From assembly GCA_964500775.1 (NCBI GenBank), contig CAZCQG010000007.1:2179-66178 (forward strand): a stretch of 64,000 bases of DNA, given 5' to 3'. The position numbers were made by a program, and so were the translations under genes. This document shows, piece by piece, positions 28,731-39,520 of this stretch. This DNA comes from an uncultured Campylobacterales bacterium. GTDB taxonomy: Bacteria > Campylobacterota > Campylobacteria > Campylobacterales > CAZCQG01. The notes beneath the pieces were generated by a model. The model saw only the letters and a program-made list of their open reading frames with translations. It had not been told where the DNA came from and did no database searches. The first letter of the stretch is position 1. The number at the start of each line of letters is the position of its first letter.

Positions 28731-28759
28731 TTGACACTAAACGACTAAAGTTATATAAT
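28731..28759 (+). promoter_or_regulatory. sigma70-type promoter of clpB
   Basis: TTGACA, 17-nt spacer, TATAAT, 30 nt upstream of the clpB ATG. Confidence 0.6.
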
Positions 28760-28788
28760 ATTTTCAACTAAAAGCAAAGGAGTTTACA

Positions 28789-31377
28789 ATGAACATTTTT
28801 GAAAAACTGACCAATCAACTAAGAGAGAGTATAGAATCCGCAATCTCACTCGCGCTTCACTCCAAGAATCAAGAAGCACAAGTAGCGCACCTTATTTGGG
28901 CATTGCTGACAAACAGCGGCTCGATTCTCAATCAAGCTCTGAACAAGATGAACATCGACAAAGCCGCCATAGAACTCGAAGCCAAAAGCGCAGTCGAGCG
29001 CCTCCCAAAAAGCTCTAGCGTAAGCAAGGAAAACATCAAAGTCTCTAAAAATCTCGTCGATTCGTTAACTCTTGCCGAAGGGGAAGCGACGAAAAACGGC
29101 GATAAATTCATCGCGGTTGATAGCTGGATCATCGCAAATATCGGCTCTAAAGAGTTTAAAGAGATTCTTACCAAATACCTTGATTTAGGCGAACTCAAAA
29201 AGAATCTCCAAGCCATCCGCGGCACTAGCAAGATAGAGAGCCAAAGTGCCGATGAACACCTCGAAGCCCTCGCCAAATACGGTGTGGATCTCACTCAAAT
29301 GGCGATTGACAACAAACTTGATCCCGTCATCGGTAGGGATGAAGAGATAAGCCGAATGATGCAAATCCTCATCCGAAAGACCAAAAACAACCCGATTCTC
29401 CTCGGTGAACCGGGCGTAGGAAAAACGGCAGTAGTCGAAGGGTTGGCGCAAAGAATTATCAATAAAGACGTCCCTTTAAGTCTCCAAAACAAAAAAGTAG
29501 TAGCACTAGATATGAGCGCGCTCATAGCGGGAGCGAAGTACCGCGGGGAGTTTGAAGACAGGCTCAAAAGCGTCATTAATGAAGTAAAAAAGAGTGCAAA
29601 CGTGATTCTCTTTATCGATGAGATTCATACTATCGTCGGCGCGGGCGCTAGCGAAGGGAGTATGGATGCCGCAAATATTTTAAAACCTGCCCTCGCGCGC
29701 GGCGAACTCCACACCATCGGCGCCACGACGCTCAAAGAGTACAGAAAGTATTTCGAGAAAGACACCGCGTTGCAACGCCGTTTCCAACCTATTCCAGTCA
29801 ATGAGCCTACTATCAACGAAGCGCTCCAAATCTTGCGAGGAATCAAAGAGCGCCTTGAAGCCCACCATAACGTCACCATCGAGGACGGCGCATTGGTAGC
29901 CGCGGCGAAGCTCTCTAGCCGCTATATCGCCGATAGATTTCTCCCCGATAAAGCCATAGACCTCATAGACGAAGGGGCGGCGGAGCTTAAGATGCAGATA
30001 GAATCCGAGCCTACCGAATTAAGTAAAATAAAACGAGAAATCCAACGCCTCGAAGTGGAGCGTGAAGCTCTCTCTATGGAAAAAGGGGACAAGAATAAGC
30101 AACGAATCGCCGAGGTGGGCAAGGAACTCGAAGATGCAAAAGAGAAGATGCGCGCGCTCCAATCGCAGTTTGAAAACGAGAAAAAGGTCTTTAACGAGGT
30201 AGCGGGGATAAAATCTAAAGCCGACGAACTTCGCAGGGAAGCGGAACTCGCCAAGCGGGGAGGGGATTTCAACAAAGCCGCCGAGATAGAATACGGCAAG
30301 ATCCCCGATCTCCTCGCGCACGAAAAAGAGCTGAACGACAAATGGGCGCAGATGCAAGAGGCGGGAGTGCTGCTCCAAAACTCGGTCAACGAAGAGCTCA
30401 TCGCCAAGATCATCTCGCGCTGGACGGAGATCCCCGTCTCTAAAATGCTCCAAAGCGAAAAAGAGAAAGTGCTCCACGTCGAGGATGAACTCCGTAAAGA
30501 TGTCGTCGGGCAGGACAAAGCACTCAAAGCAATTGCAAGAGCAATCAAACGCAATAAAGCGGGACTAAGCGAGCAAAACCGCCCCATAGGCAGCTTCCTC
30601 TTCCTCGGTCCAACGGGCGTTGGTAAGACGCAGAGTGCCAAAACCTTGGCAAAATTCCTCTTTGACACCGACAAAAACATCGTCCGAATCGATATGAGCG
30701 AATATATGGAGAAACACGCCGTAAGTAGACTCGTCGGTGCTCCTCCGGGATACGTCGGATACGAAGAGGGCGGTCAGCTCACAGAAGCTATTAGGAGAAA
30801 ACCCTACAGCGTCATCCTGTTTGATGAGATAGAAAAAGCCCATCCCGATGTGTTTAATGTACTTTTGCAGGTGTTAGATGAAGGGCGATTGACCGATAAT
30901 AAAGGGGTGACGGTGGATTTTAGAAACACCATCATCATCCTCACCTCAAACATCGCAAGCGACAAAATAATGGAGATAGGGGACGAAAACGCCCGCGAAG
31001 AGGCGGTAAAAAACGAACTCAAACGCCATTTCAAACCCGAATTTTTAAACAGGCTAGATGACGTCATCATCTTCAATGCCCTTGGAATCGCACAGATTCG
31101 CGAGATAGTTTTTATCCTTTATGAAGGAATCAAAGCCAAACTCAAAGAAAAAGGGATAGAAAGTGCTTTAAGTAAAGAGGTCGCAGAAAAAATCGCCGAA
31201 GCGGGATTTGATCCCGTATACGGTGCCAGACCGCTCAAACGTGCCCTCTATGAGATCATAGAAGACACACTAGCGGAGCTGATACTCGATGATAAATTGC
31301 ATGAGGGGGATTTTGTGAGTTTTGATATGCTAGATGGTAAGATTGTGCCAAATATAAATAAACAAAGGGCAGGGTGA
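28789..31377 (+). CDS. clpB: ATP-dependent chaperone ClpB
   Basis: Two AAA+ modules ([17 protein letters not shown]), middle coiled coil, 862 aa. Confidence 0.97.
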   Translation: MNIFEKLTNQLRESIESAISLALHSKNQEAQVAHLIWALLTNSGSILNQALNKMNIDKAAIELEAKSAVERLPKSSSVSKENIKVSKNLVDSLTLAEGEATKNGDKFIAVDSWIIANIGSKEFKEILTKYLDLGELKKNLQAIRGTSKIESQSADEHLEALAKYGVDLTQMAIDNKLDPVIGRDEEISRMMQILIRKTKNNPILLGEPGVGKTAVVEGLAQRIINKDVPLSLQNKKVVALDMSALIAGAKYRGEFEDRLKSVINEVKKSANVILFIDEIHTIVGAGASEGSMDAANILKPALARGELHTIGATTLKEYRKYFEKDTALQRRFQPIPVNEPTINEALQILRGIKERLEAHHNVTIEDGALVAAAKLSSRYIADRFLPDKAIDLIDEGAAELKMQIESEPTELSKIKREIQRLEVEREALSMEKGDKNKQRIAEVGKELEDAKEKMRALQSQFENEKKVFNEVAGIKSKADELRREAELAKRGGDFNKAAEIEYGKIPDLLAHEKELNDKWAQMQEAGVLLQNSVNEELIAKIISRWTEIPVSKMLQSEKEKVLHVEDELRKDVVGQDKALKAIARAIKRNKAGLSEQNRPIGSFLFLGPTGVGKTQSAKTLAKFLFDTDKNIVRIDMSEYMEKHAVSRLVGAPPGYVGYEEGGQLTEAIRRKPYSVILFDEIEKAHPDVFNVLLQVLDEGRLTDNKGVTVDFRNTIIILTSNIASDKIMEIGDENAREEAVKNELKRHFKPEFLNRLDDVIIFNALGIAQIREIVFILYEGIKAKLKEKGIESALSKEVAEKIAEAGFDPVYGARPLKRALYEIIEDTLAELILDDKLHEGDFVSFDMLDGKIVPNINKQRAG

Positions 31378-32249
31378 AATATTTAATCGCGCTAATTTTT
31401 TTCGGTATGAGTGTTTGCGCCGTAGAGCTCGAAAAAGAGTATTTCTTCACCGATAGAAATATCACCTCTCGATTCTTTGATTCTTCTGCGGAGGAGTTTG
31501 ACGTTATGTCGATTCCTCCCGATAAAAACGTCTACAAGGTCTATGCCGATCTTATAAAAGAGCCTTTTGAAAAGCACAACATCGCAGTACATTCTAAACA
31601 TTCCGTCGTCGTGTTTATCAAAAAAGGGTTGTTTGAGATGGATGCTATCAAGGAGTATATCGCGACGCTTTACGAGGATGCGTATGCGAAATACGGCATC
31701 GACGTAGAAACGATAGAGTTAAAACCCCTCTCATCACTCGACTTTACAAACCCCGAGATAGAAAAGATACATTTTAACGAATCGCTTTTAGGGCGTGATG
31801 GCGGGACGTTCAGCGTCGATTTTCTAGATGCGGGTGTAAAAAAAAGAATCTATTTTAGTTTTGACATTACGGCAAAAATACATGTACTCAAAGCAAAAAG
31901 GGACATACGAAGCGGTGAACGGATAGATATTTGGGATTTTGAGGTTACGAATGCGGAGTTTAAGAATCTCACTAAAAAACCCGCGCAGATTCAAGATACG
32001 GCAAATGCGACCGTGAAGGCGTATTTGCGAAAGGGAGCGATACTCTCTTCACGGCATCTAAAGTATACGAAACTCGTACAAAAAGGGGATAAACTAAGCG
32101 CGATGATGCAAGAGGGGGGATTTGAGCTTCGATTTAACGCGGAAGCGCTCGAAGAAGGGAATATCGGGGACACGATAAAAATAAAAAATAGTTCAGATAC
32201 AATCCTGGAAGCAAAAATTGTAGAAGCGGGAAAAGTAGAGGTGCGATGA
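31374..32249 (+). CDS. flgA: flagellar basal-body P-ring formation chaperone FlgA
   Basis: Signal peptide; C-terminal SAF/FlgA motif [26 protein letters not shown]; GTG start overlaps the clpB stop. Confidence 0.75.
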   Translation: MKYLIALIFFGMSVCAVELEKEYFFTDRNITSRFFDSSAEEFDVMSIPPDKNVYKVYADLIKEPFEKHNIAVHSKHSVVVFIKKGLFEMDAIKEYIATLYEDAYAKYGIDVETIELKPLSSLDFTNPEIEKIHFNESLLGRDGGTFSVDFLDAGVKKRIYFSFDITAKIHVLKAKRDIRSGERIDIWDFEVTNAEFKNLTKKPAQIQDTANATVKAYLRKGAILSSRHLKYTKLVQKGDKLSAMMQEGGFELRFNAEALEEGNIGDTIKIKNSSDTILEAKIVEAGKVEVR

Positions 32250-32767
32250 AATTAGTGATAGGAATAAGCGGTGCAAGCGGATATAGGCTAGGTGAACGGC
32301 TGCTTGAGTTATTGCCTAGCGGTATAGAAAAGCACGTCGTGGTGAGCGAGAGCGCAAAAGTCGTTGCAAAATATGAAGAGATGAGAATCTATGGAAATGA
32401 CGACATCTCCGCCCCGATCTCTTCGGGCTCGTTCGGCGCGGATGCGATGATAATCGTCCCGTGTTCTATGAATACACTCGCCAAAATCGCCTGCGGTATC
32501 GCCGACAATCTCCTCACTCGTGCGGCAAGCGTGATGATAAAAGAGCAAAAAAAGCTCCTCCTTGCTCCGCGCGAGATGCCGCTAAGTCCCATCGCGCTAG
32601 AGAATATGCTCAAACTCTCTCGTTTGGGCGTTATCGTTTCGCCGCCGATGCTAAGCTATTATGCCGAATGCGGCAGCTTAGAGGAAATGGAGCGTTTCGT
32701 CGTGGGAAAGTGGCTCGATTCGCTCGGAATCCAAAACGATCTCTATATAAGATGGGGAGCAGAATGA
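32246..32767 (+). CDS. ubiX: flavin prenyltransferase UbiX
   Basis: [13 protein letters not shown]-terminus, IVPCSMNTLAKIA and LLAPREMPLS motifs. Confidence 0.88.
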   Translation: MKLVIGISGASGYRLGERLLELLPSGIEKHVVVSESAKVVAKYEEMRIYGNDDISAPISSGSFGADAMIIVPCSMNTLAKIACGIADNLLTRAASVMIKEQKKLLLAPREMPLSPIALENMLKLSRLGVIVSPPMLSYYAECGSLEEMERFVVGKWLDSLGIQNDLYIRWGAE

Positions 32768-33255
32768 AACAAAAAATCGCGGTCTATCCCGGGACGTTCG
32801 ATCCCATCACCAACGGACACTTTGACGTGATAGAGCGGGCAGGAAAGCTCTTTGATAGGATTATCATCGCCGTGGCGAAATCGACCCAAAAATCGCCGAT
32901 GTTTGACCTAGACACGAGGGTTTTTATGGCGGAACAAGCGGTAAAAGGTTTTCAAAACGTCGAAGTACGGTCATTTGGGAATCTCTTAGCCGATTTTGCC
33001 AAAGAGTGCGATGCGAATATCGTAGTGCGCGGCTTGCGTGCGGTGAGCGATTTTGAGTACGAACTCCAAATGGGATATGCCAACGCTTCGCTCAATCCTA
33101 ACCTAGAGACAATCTATCTGATGCCAAGTCTTAGTAACGCTTTTATCAGCGCCACGGTGGTACGGACTATCATCTATCACAAAGGCGATTTTTCCCACCT
33201 TGTTCCCGAAGTGGTGCAAAAGATCGTAAAGGAGAAGTTTTGTATGTCGCGATAG
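32764..33255 (+). CDS. coaD: phosphopantetheine adenylyltransferase
   Basis: AVYPGTFDPITNGHFDVIERA motif; ATG 32764 overlaps the ubiX stop (ATGA). The track ORF from 32461 is an out-of-context extension. Confidence 0.93.
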   Translation: MKQKIAVYPGTFDPITNGHFDVIERAGKLFDRIIIAVAKSTQKSPMFDLDTRVFMAEQAVKGFQNVEVRSFGNLLADFAKECDANIVVRGLRAVSDFEYELQMGYANASLNPNLETIYLMPSLSNAFISATVVRTIIYHKGDFSHLVPEVVQKIVKEKFCMSR

Positions 33256-33806
33256 AGGGGATTGACACCTGCGGAAAAAGTACGCAAATAGAGTTACTCA
33301 AAAAGCAATTTAAAGATGCTATCTTCGTCAAAGAGCCGGGGAGTACGCCGCTAGGCGAAAAACTCCGAGAGTTGTTGCTCAATTTCGAGATCCGCTCACA
33401 CAGAGCGGAATTTTTACTCTTTTGTGCCGATAGAGCGGAGTTGATGGAGAGTGTCGTCGAACAAAATGAGGATAAGCTTATAATCAGCGATCGAAGCGTC
33501 ATATCGGGCATTGCCTATGCCGACAAATACGATATGGAAACGACGTTATTTATCAATAACTTTGCCCTCGGCGGCATATTCCCTCAAAAAGCGATTATGC
33601 TCGAACTCGATCGCGATACGCTCCTCTCTCGGATGTCAAAAAAATGCGAAGACAGAATCGAACAAAGAGGCACTGAAAAGCTCTTGCAATACCAAGCAAG
33701 AATCAAAGAGGTAATCCAATCGTTAAAAATTGAATCTATGATTGTGGATGCAAAGTTGCCGATAGAGGAGATTAACCGTCAAATCAGTAAATTTTTGGCA
33801 CAATAA
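33240..33806 (+). CDS. tmk: thymidylate kinase
   Basis: P-loop IEGIDTCGKST and DRSVISGIAY motif. Confidence 0.9.
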   Translation: MYVAIEGIDTCGKSTQIELLKKQFKDAIFVKEPGSTPLGEKLRELLLNFEIRSHRAEFLLFCADRAELMESVVEQNEDKLIISDRSVISGIAYADKYDMETTLFINNFALGGIFPQKAIMLELDRDTLLSRMSKKCEDRIEQRGTEKLLQYQARIKEVIQSLKIESMIVDAKLPIEEINRQISKFLAQ

Positions 33807-33831
33807 TTTAAAAATAAATTAAGGATTTGCT

Positions 33832-34614
33832 ATGAAAACGATAGCGGTTTATAATATTAAGGGCGGTGTAGGCAAAACTGCAACTGCCGTAAACTTATCC
33901 TACAACTGCGCCAAAGAAGGCTTCAAGACGCTCATTTGGGATCTCGATCCGCAGGGTGCGGCGAGCTATTATCTCAAAGTAAAAGCGAAGGTAAAAGGGG
34001 GGACGAAAAAGCTCCTCAAAGCCAAAGACATCGAACCTTTTATTAAAGAGAGCGAGATAGAGCATCTCGATATTTTGCCTGCCGATTTTTCATATAGAAA
34101 TATGGATTTGATGTTGGATGGCTCAAAAAAATCGCATAAAAAAATGGAATCGCTTTTAAAAAATATCCAAGAGGATTATGATGTGGTATTTTTGGATGCG
34201 CCGCCCAATATCTCGCTGGTCTCCGAAAACGTCTTTGAAGCGGCCGACTATATCGTCGTCCCCGTGATTCCCACGACGCTTTCGATAAGGACGTATGAGC
34301 AAATAATCGAACATTTCAAAGAGCATAAACTTGATACTTCGAGAATCTATCCATTTTTTTCAATGGTGGATTTGCGAAAAGGGATGCATCGAAGTTTTAT
34401 CCATGAAAATAATCTCATAAACCTTTTGCGCGCCACCGTGCCCTATTCATCGTATGTAGAGAAAATGGGATTGACGCAAGCTCCCGTAGGCGAGTTTGCA
34501 AAAAATACTCCCGCATCCAAATCATACGAGATGCTTTGGGAGGAGATGAAAAATATCGCTCAAATAGGATACGTAGACGCATTACCTAAAATATTCGGAA
34601 AAATAAAAGGGTAG
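33832..34614 (+). CDS. ParA/MinD-family ATPase (orphan)
   Basis: Deviant Walker A NIKGGVGKTATAVN; VVFLDAPP Walker B. Confidence 0.85.
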   Translation: MKTIAVYNIKGGVGKTATAVNLSYNCAKEGFKTLIWDLDPQGAASYYLKVKAKVKGGTKKLLKAKDIEPFIKESEIEHLDILPADFSYRNMDLMLDGSKKSHKKMESLLKNIQEDYDVVFLDAPPNISLVSENVFEAADYIVVPVIPTTLSIRTYEQIIEHFKEHKLDTSRIYPFFSMVDLRKGMHRSFIHENNLINLLRATVPYSSYVEKMGLTQAPVGEFAKNTPASKSYEMLWEEMKNIAQIGYVDALPKIFGKIKG

Positions 34615-34619
34615 GGGGG

Positions 34620-35210
34620 GTGTTTACCTGCATCATTTGCGGGAAATATTCGCTTTCTAGTGTTTGCGGTGGTTGCAAAAAAGCGTTTTTTGCTCCCGTC
34701 CCTGCTACGAGAATCGTAAAAGATGATTTTAAAGTACACTCGTTTTTTAAACTCGGAGAGCTGCAGGACATCGCACACACGAAATATTGTTTACTCGGCT
34801 CTAGGATGTATAGATTCTTATCTAAAGAGGCGCGAAAGTTTTTTTATCAAGGATTTGATCCGACAAGCAAGGTCTACCTCATACCCATTGACGACGTACC
34901 AAAGAGGGGATATTCTCAAAATGCGATTATGGCAAAAGAGTTTTCAAATAAGAATCTTATACCCCTTTATGCCTCGCTTGGAGCGCAAAACGATGTAAAT
35001 TATGCGGGCAAAAAACTTGATTTTAGAATCGCGAATAAAAAAGGTTTTCGGTATAAAGGGAAAAAAGGAATAAGCGCCATTTTGCTCGATGATATTATCA
35101 CAACCGGAACGACTATGAATGAAGCCTATGAGACGCTGACACAAGAAGGCATAGATGTCCTTTTCGGACTTACTTTGTTTGATGCGAGAGATAAAATGGA
35201 GGATAATTAA
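34620..35210 (+). CDS. ComF-family phosphoribosyltransferase-like protein
   Basis: N-terminal zinc-ribbon CIICG...CGGCKK; C-terminal PRTase motif ILLDDIITTGTT; GTG start directly after a G7 tract. Confidence 0.8.
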   Translation: MFTCIICGKYSLSSVCGGCKKAFFAPVPATRIVKDDFKVHSFFKLGELQDIAHTKYCLLGSRMYRFLSKEARKFFYQGFDPTSKVYLIPIDDVPKRGYSQNAIMAKEFSNKNLIPLYASLGAQNDVNYAGKKLDFRIANKKGFRYKGKKGISAILLDDIITTGTTMNEAYETLTQEGIDVLFGLTLFDARDKMEDN

Positions 35211-35977
35211 TGATAGCTATTTTTGATTGTGAGACGATACCCGATACTAAGTTAGTGCGGGAATGTTTTGAGATTGATACCGATGACGACTATGAGGCGA
35301 CAAAGGAGGCGTTTGCGCTCAATCACGAAAAAAAAGGGAGCGATTTTCTCGCACTCCCCTATCATAAGGTAGTCTCCATCTCTGCGGTCATTTGTGATAA
35401 TTTCGGGAGATTTGTAAAGGTCGGATGTTTCGGTGTGGATGAGATTCCAAACGAAGAGAAGATACTCGGAGAGTTTTTATCGTTCATCGACAAAAAAAAG
35501 CCTAGATTAGTGAGTTTTAACGGGAGGGGATTTGATCTGCCGATGCTATTTATCCGTGCTATGCGATATAACATTGCTTGCCCCGCCTATTTTGATGCGA
35601 CCAACAAATGGGAGAATTATAGAACCCGTTTTGCCGAGGCATTTCATCTGGATTTGATGGATACTTTGGGTGGATTTGGCGCGGTACGGGGGCTCAATCT
35701 GAATGAATTGTGCAAAATGGCGGGGATTCCCGGAAAATATGACGTGAGCGGGGACGACGTGTTTGAATTGTATTACGCCAAAGAGTACAAGAAAATCGAT
35801 GAATATTGTGAAAGTGATGTATTGAACACATACCTCCTTTTTTTAAAATATGAATTATTAAAAGGGAATCTTTCGCTTAAAGAGTATAAAGAGTTAATTT
35901 TGGATTTTAAAGATAAAATTCCGCAAGATAAAGGCTATACCGAGGTATTTCGAGCCTTTGCAGACAAAGAGGTATAA
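35210..35977 (+). CDS. PolB-exonuclease-domain-like 3'-5' exonuclease (RNase H fold)
   Basis: ExoI IFDCETIPD, SFNGRGFDLPML, ExoIII YCESDV. Confidence 0.75.
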   Translation: MIAIFDCETIPDTKLVRECFEIDTDDDYEATKEAFALNHEKKGSDFLALPYHKVVSISAVICDNFGRFVKVGCFGVDEIPNEEKILGEFLSFIDKKKPRLVSFNGRGFDLPMLFIRAMRYNIACPAYFDATNKWENYRTRFAEAFHLDLMDTLGGFGAVRGLNLNELCKMAGIPGKYDVSGDDVFELYYAKEYKKIDEYCESDVLNTYLLFLKYELLKGNLSLKEYKELILDFKDKIPQDKGYTEVFRAFADKEV

Positions 35978-36889
35978 ATGCTCGCACACGAGATAAACTT
36001 ATTCGCAGAGTATAGATATGAGCTTCGTGCCTATCTATGCTACCTTTTCCAAAGAAACATCAGCAATAATCTTCCGCAAGTGGAGTTGAGCAAGCTGCTT
36101 GACGGACTAGAAAAGATAAAAGGGGAGATCTCCCTGTTTCATGCGATGTATGTGCTTGATAGATCGGGCACGCAGGTCATAGAGTGCATCACCGATAATT
36201 TTGAACACGTCTCATCCAAAGGGATGAATTTTAACGACAGAGCATACTTTTACAGGGCCGTCAAAGAGAAGAAATGTGTTTTGACCGACCCGTATCCTTC
36301 GAGAATCAAAGGGGTGATCGTCGTCACGGCGGCGTATCCGGTATATAACGAAGCGCAAGAGTTGCAGTATGTGGTGTGTATGGACTTGCCCTTTGACGAG
36401 GCGACGCGTATCGTCAATCCTACGGCGACGAACAGATTCGCATCATCCGTCTCAAAAGCCGTTTACGGTGTTTTAAGCCTCTCGCTGTTGGCGGTGACGA
36501 TGCTTTTGTTTTTAAAAGGACTCGTAAGTACGTACGATGCGATTATTCATTTCAATAAATTTGAAATAAAAGATATGTTTGAGGCGACGATATTGCTTAC
36601 CCTCTCCCTTGCTATATTTGATTTGGTGAAAGCGATTTTTGAAGAAGAGGTGCTTGGGCGGCACAAAAAAGATCATAACTCCAACATCCACTCGACGATG
36701 ATACGATTCCTAGGTTCGATCATCATTGCCATATCTATAGAAGCGTTGATGTTGGTATTTAAGTTTACCCTTATCGATCCCGATAAGATAGTATATGCCG
36801 TGTATCTGATAGGGGGTGTTATGATGCTTCTTATCGGATTAGCATTCTATGTCAGATCATCACAAAATAACGAGTGTTGTAAAAAATGA
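35978..36889 (+). CDS. Cache/PDC-like domain protein with a C-terminal multi-TM domain
   Basis: YVLDRSGTQV...FNDRAYFYRAV...LTDPYPS...VVTAAYPV resembles a Cache sensor fold; at least 4 C-terminal TM helices; no output domain recognised. Confidence 0.5.
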   Translation: MLAHEINLFAEYRYELRAYLCYLFQRNISNNLPQVELSKLLDGLEKIKGEISLFHAMYVLDRSGTQVIECITDNFEHVSSKGMNFNDRAYFYRAVKEKKCVLTDPYPSRIKGVIVVTAAYPVYNEAQELQYVVCMDLPFDEATRIVNPTATNRFASSVSKAVYGVLSLSLLAVTMLLFLKGLVSTYDAIIHFNKFEIKDMFEATILLTLSLAIFDLVKAIFEEEVLGRHKKDHNSNIHSTMIRFLGSIIIAISIEALMLVFKFTLIDPDKIVYAVYLIGGVMMLLIGLAFYVRSSQNNECCKK

Positions 36890-37512
36890 ATGAAGTAACG
36901 ATCGTAGATTACAATATGGGGAATCTCGCGAGTGTGGCGAATGCGATTCAGAAGATAGGTGCAAAAGCCAACTTCGCGAAAACCAAAGAGGATATTTTAA
37001 AATCAAAAAAGCTCATATTGCCCGGCGTAGGTGCGTTTGGAGAAGCGATGGAGCACTTGCGAGAAAACGGGCTGGATGTCGCTATCACGGAGTATGCAAG
37101 AAGCGGCAGGGAGCTACTTGGAATCTGCCTCGGGATGCAGCTTTTGTTTGAAAAAAGCGAAGAGTTCGGCGCGCACGAGGGATTGGGGCTCATTCCCGGT
37201 TCGGTAGTAAAGTTTGATGAGAGCAGATTTAGCGAGCGATTAAAGATACCCCAAATGGGATGGAATAAACTTTTTGTAAATAAGGACCATTTTCTATTTA
37301 ACGGTTTGGATAAAGAGATGTATCTCTATTTTGTCCATAGTTATCACGCGCAGTGCGACGAAGAGTACATTATCGGCAAGACGCTCTATGGATACGAATT
37401 TCCGAGCGCGGTAGCAAAAGATAATGTCTGCGGTTTTCAACCGCATCCGGAAAAAAGTCATGAAGTAGGCTTGGAAATACTAAAAAATTATATTGAAAAA
37501 CAGGGGAGATGA
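36886..37512 (+). CDS. hisH: imidazole glycerol phosphate synthase, glutamine amidotransferase subunit
   Basis: [17 protein letters not shown] and QPHPEKS triad motifs. Confidence 0.93.
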   Translation: MNEVTIVDYNMGNLASVANAIQKIGAKANFAKTKEDILKSKKLILPGVGAFGEAMEHLRENGLDVAITEYARSGRELLGICLGMQLLFEKSEEFGAHEGLGLIPGSVVKFDESRFSERLKIPQMGWNKLFVNKDHFLFNGLDKEMYLYFVHSYHAQCDEEYIIGKTLYGYEFPSAVAKDNVCGFQPHPEKSHEVGLEILKNYIEKQGR

Positions 37513-38219
37513 TGGATATTTATCCCGCGATTGATCTAAAAGAAGGGAAAGCCGTCAGGCTGTATAAAGGAGTTATGGAAAGTGCAAAGATATATAGTGA
37601 CGAGCCGTATAAAATTGCACAAGCTTTTGAAAAAATGGGGGCAACGTGGCTGCACTTGGTAGATTTGGACGGCGCGTTTGCAGGCGGTCCGGTCAATTTC
37701 GAGGCGATACGACAAATACGTGAGCATACGAATCTAAAGATCGAACTGGGCGGCGGGATTAGAAGCGAGGAAATCATATTAAAATATAAAGAACTCGGAA
37801 TCGATAGATTTATTTTAGGCTCTATTGCCGCAAAAGCACCCAATTTCGTAAAAGATATGGCACAGAAATATAATATTGCAGTAGGGTTAGACGCAATAAA
37901 CGGCTATGTTGCCACCGAAGGTTGGGCGTCAGAGACGACCATTCCTGCAGAAGAGCTTGCGTTGAAGTTTAAAGAGAGCGGCGTACAAGCGATTATCTGC
38001 ACCGATATAGCCCAAGACGGGACGCTTGAGGGTGTAAATATAGATTTTACGCTCAAGATAAAGCAAGCATCTGCTCTTTATACAATAGCAAGCGGCGGCG
38101 TGAAAGATTTGGAAGACATTTTGCTTGCAAATAAAAACGGAATCGACGGTATTATTATCGGTAAAGCATATTACGAGGGAAAAGTTGACTTATCCGAGGC
38201 TTTTTTGTCAATTCGGTAA
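37509..38219 (+). CDS. hisA: ProFAR isomerase
   Basis: [29 protein letters not shown] motifs. Confidence 0.92.
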   Translation: MMDIYPAIDLKEGKAVRLYKGVMESAKIYSDEPYKIAQAFEKMGATWLHLVDLDGAFAGGPVNFEAIRQIREHTNLKIELGGGIRSEEIILKYKELGIDRFILGSIAAKAPNFVKDMAQKYNIAVGLDAINGYVATEGWASETTIPAEELALKFKESGVQAIICTDIAQDGTLEGVNIDFTLKIKQASALYTIASGGVKDLEDILLANKNGIDGIIIGKAYYEGKVDLSEAFLSIR

Positions 38220-38305
38220 TAAATATGTTAAAATCCGTTAATTATTTTTTGTATTAATTTGGTAATATTATATATGAACCTTCTAGTACTCTAAAGGAGA
38301 AGAAT

Positions 38306-38680
38306 TTGAAATTATTGGTAGTTGATGATAGCTCTACAATGAGAAGGATTATAAAAAATACGCTTCAGAGACTCGGTTATAATGATATATTAGAGGCGGA
38401 GAACGGCGCGCAAGGTTGGGAGATAATGGACGGGAACAAGGATATAAACGTTCTTATTACCGATTGGAATATGCCTGAGATGAACGGTCTAGAGCTAGTG
38501 AAGAAGGTTAGGGCGGAAGAATGCTACAGAGACGTTCCTATTATTATGGTCACGACAGAGGGCGGAAAAGCTGAGGTTATTACTGCTTTGAAAGCAGGGG
38601 TGAATAACTATATCGTCAAACCCTTTACGCCGCAGGTACTGAAAGAAAAACTCGAAGCGGTTCTCGGTGTCAATGACTAA
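38306..38680 (+). CDS. cheY: chemotaxis response regulator CheY
   Basis: Stand-alone receiver, VVDDSSTMRR, ITDWNMPEMNG, KPF; TTG start after AAGGAG. Confidence 0.92.
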   Translation: MKLLVVDDSSTMRRIIKNTLQRLGYNDILEAENGAQGWEIMDGNKDINVLITDWNMPEMNGLELVKKVRAEECYRDVPIIMVTTEGGKAEVITALKAGVNNYIVKPFTPQVLKEKLEAVLGVND

Positions 38681-38686
38681 TACCGC

Positions 38687-39520
38687 ATGCAGGACATTTA
38701 TTATACTTTAAAGCTTACTCCAAATAAACACTACCAGCTATTCTTAGATTTTATACTAGAAACAACCGATACGGCTATCGAGGAGCTAGAAGGCTCTTTG
38801 ATACTCCGATCAAGCGACCCCATGGAAGACATTACCCAAAACATTACACTTTTTTCGGAATCGTTACGTGAAGCGCTTGATGAGGATATAACGGTAGTAA
38901 TCGAAACCGCAAATGAAAAAAACGAAGACTGGATTGAAAAATATAAAAAATCGATTTCACCCATAGCGGTTGCTTCGTTTTTTATCAAACCGAGTTGGAG
39001 CGTCGAGAAAAGCGATGCTCCGTATCAGCTGACTATCGATCCATCGCTCTCTTTTGGCTCGGGACATCATGAAAGTACACGCGGCTGTTTAACGTTTATA
39101 GAGAAGTATGTAAAAAAAGATGCTCTTTTGCTCGATGTCGGGTGCGGGAGCGGTATTTTAGCGATGGCAGGGGCGAAGCTAGGTGCGATTTGCGATATGT
39201 GCGATACCGACGAAGTTGCGGTTGAAGAGGCAAAAAAGAATTTTTCTCTCAATGGTTTGCATTATCAAAATGCTTGGGTAGGATCGGCAATAGGTGCAGA
39301 AAAAAAATATGATATAGTCGTGGCAAATATCATAGCCGATGTGCTAGTGCTCATAAAAAAAGATTTGATACAATCGCTAAAAACCGGCGGAATTTTAATA
39401 ATGTCGGGCATCATTGATGCGAGATTACAAAACGTACTTAAAAAATATACGGATCTACAACTACTTGAAACACTCAATGACAAAGAGTGGAACACGGTAG
39501 TATTTAAAAAAGGAGACTGA
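38687..39520 (+). CDS. prmA: ribosomal protein L11 methyltransferase
   Basis: IDPSLSFGSGHHESTRGCL and LLDVGCGSGILA motifs. Confidence 0.9.
   Translation: MQDIYYTLKLTPNKHYQLFLDFILETTDTAIEELEGSLILRSSDPMEDITQNITLFSESLREALDEDITVVIETANEKNEDWIEKYKKSISPIAVASFFIKPSWSVEKSDAPYQLTIDPSLSFGSGHHESTRGCLTFIEKYVKKDALLLDVGCGSGILAMAGAKLGAICDMCDTDEVAVEEAKKNFSLNGLHYQNAWVGSAIGAEKKYDIVVANIIADVLVLIKKDLIQSLKTGGILIMSGIIDARLQNVLKKYTDLQLLETLNDKEWNTVVFKKGD

Noticed and set aside
29922-30680. Long antisense ORFs inside clpB (252 aa, plus others at 28932-29879 and 30019-30843)
   Set aside because: They lie fully within a confidently identified gene on the other strand. Their translations are low-complexity (Ser/Leu/Arg-rich), typical of shadow frames, and they have no Shine-Dalgarno or family motif.
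32461-32763. N-terminal 101-codon extension of the coaD ORF in the track
   Set aside because: The extension overlaps ubiX out of frame and translates to an Arg-rich sequence of non-protein-like composition. The conserved CoaD N-terminus begins at ATG 32764, with an ATGA overlap to ubiX.
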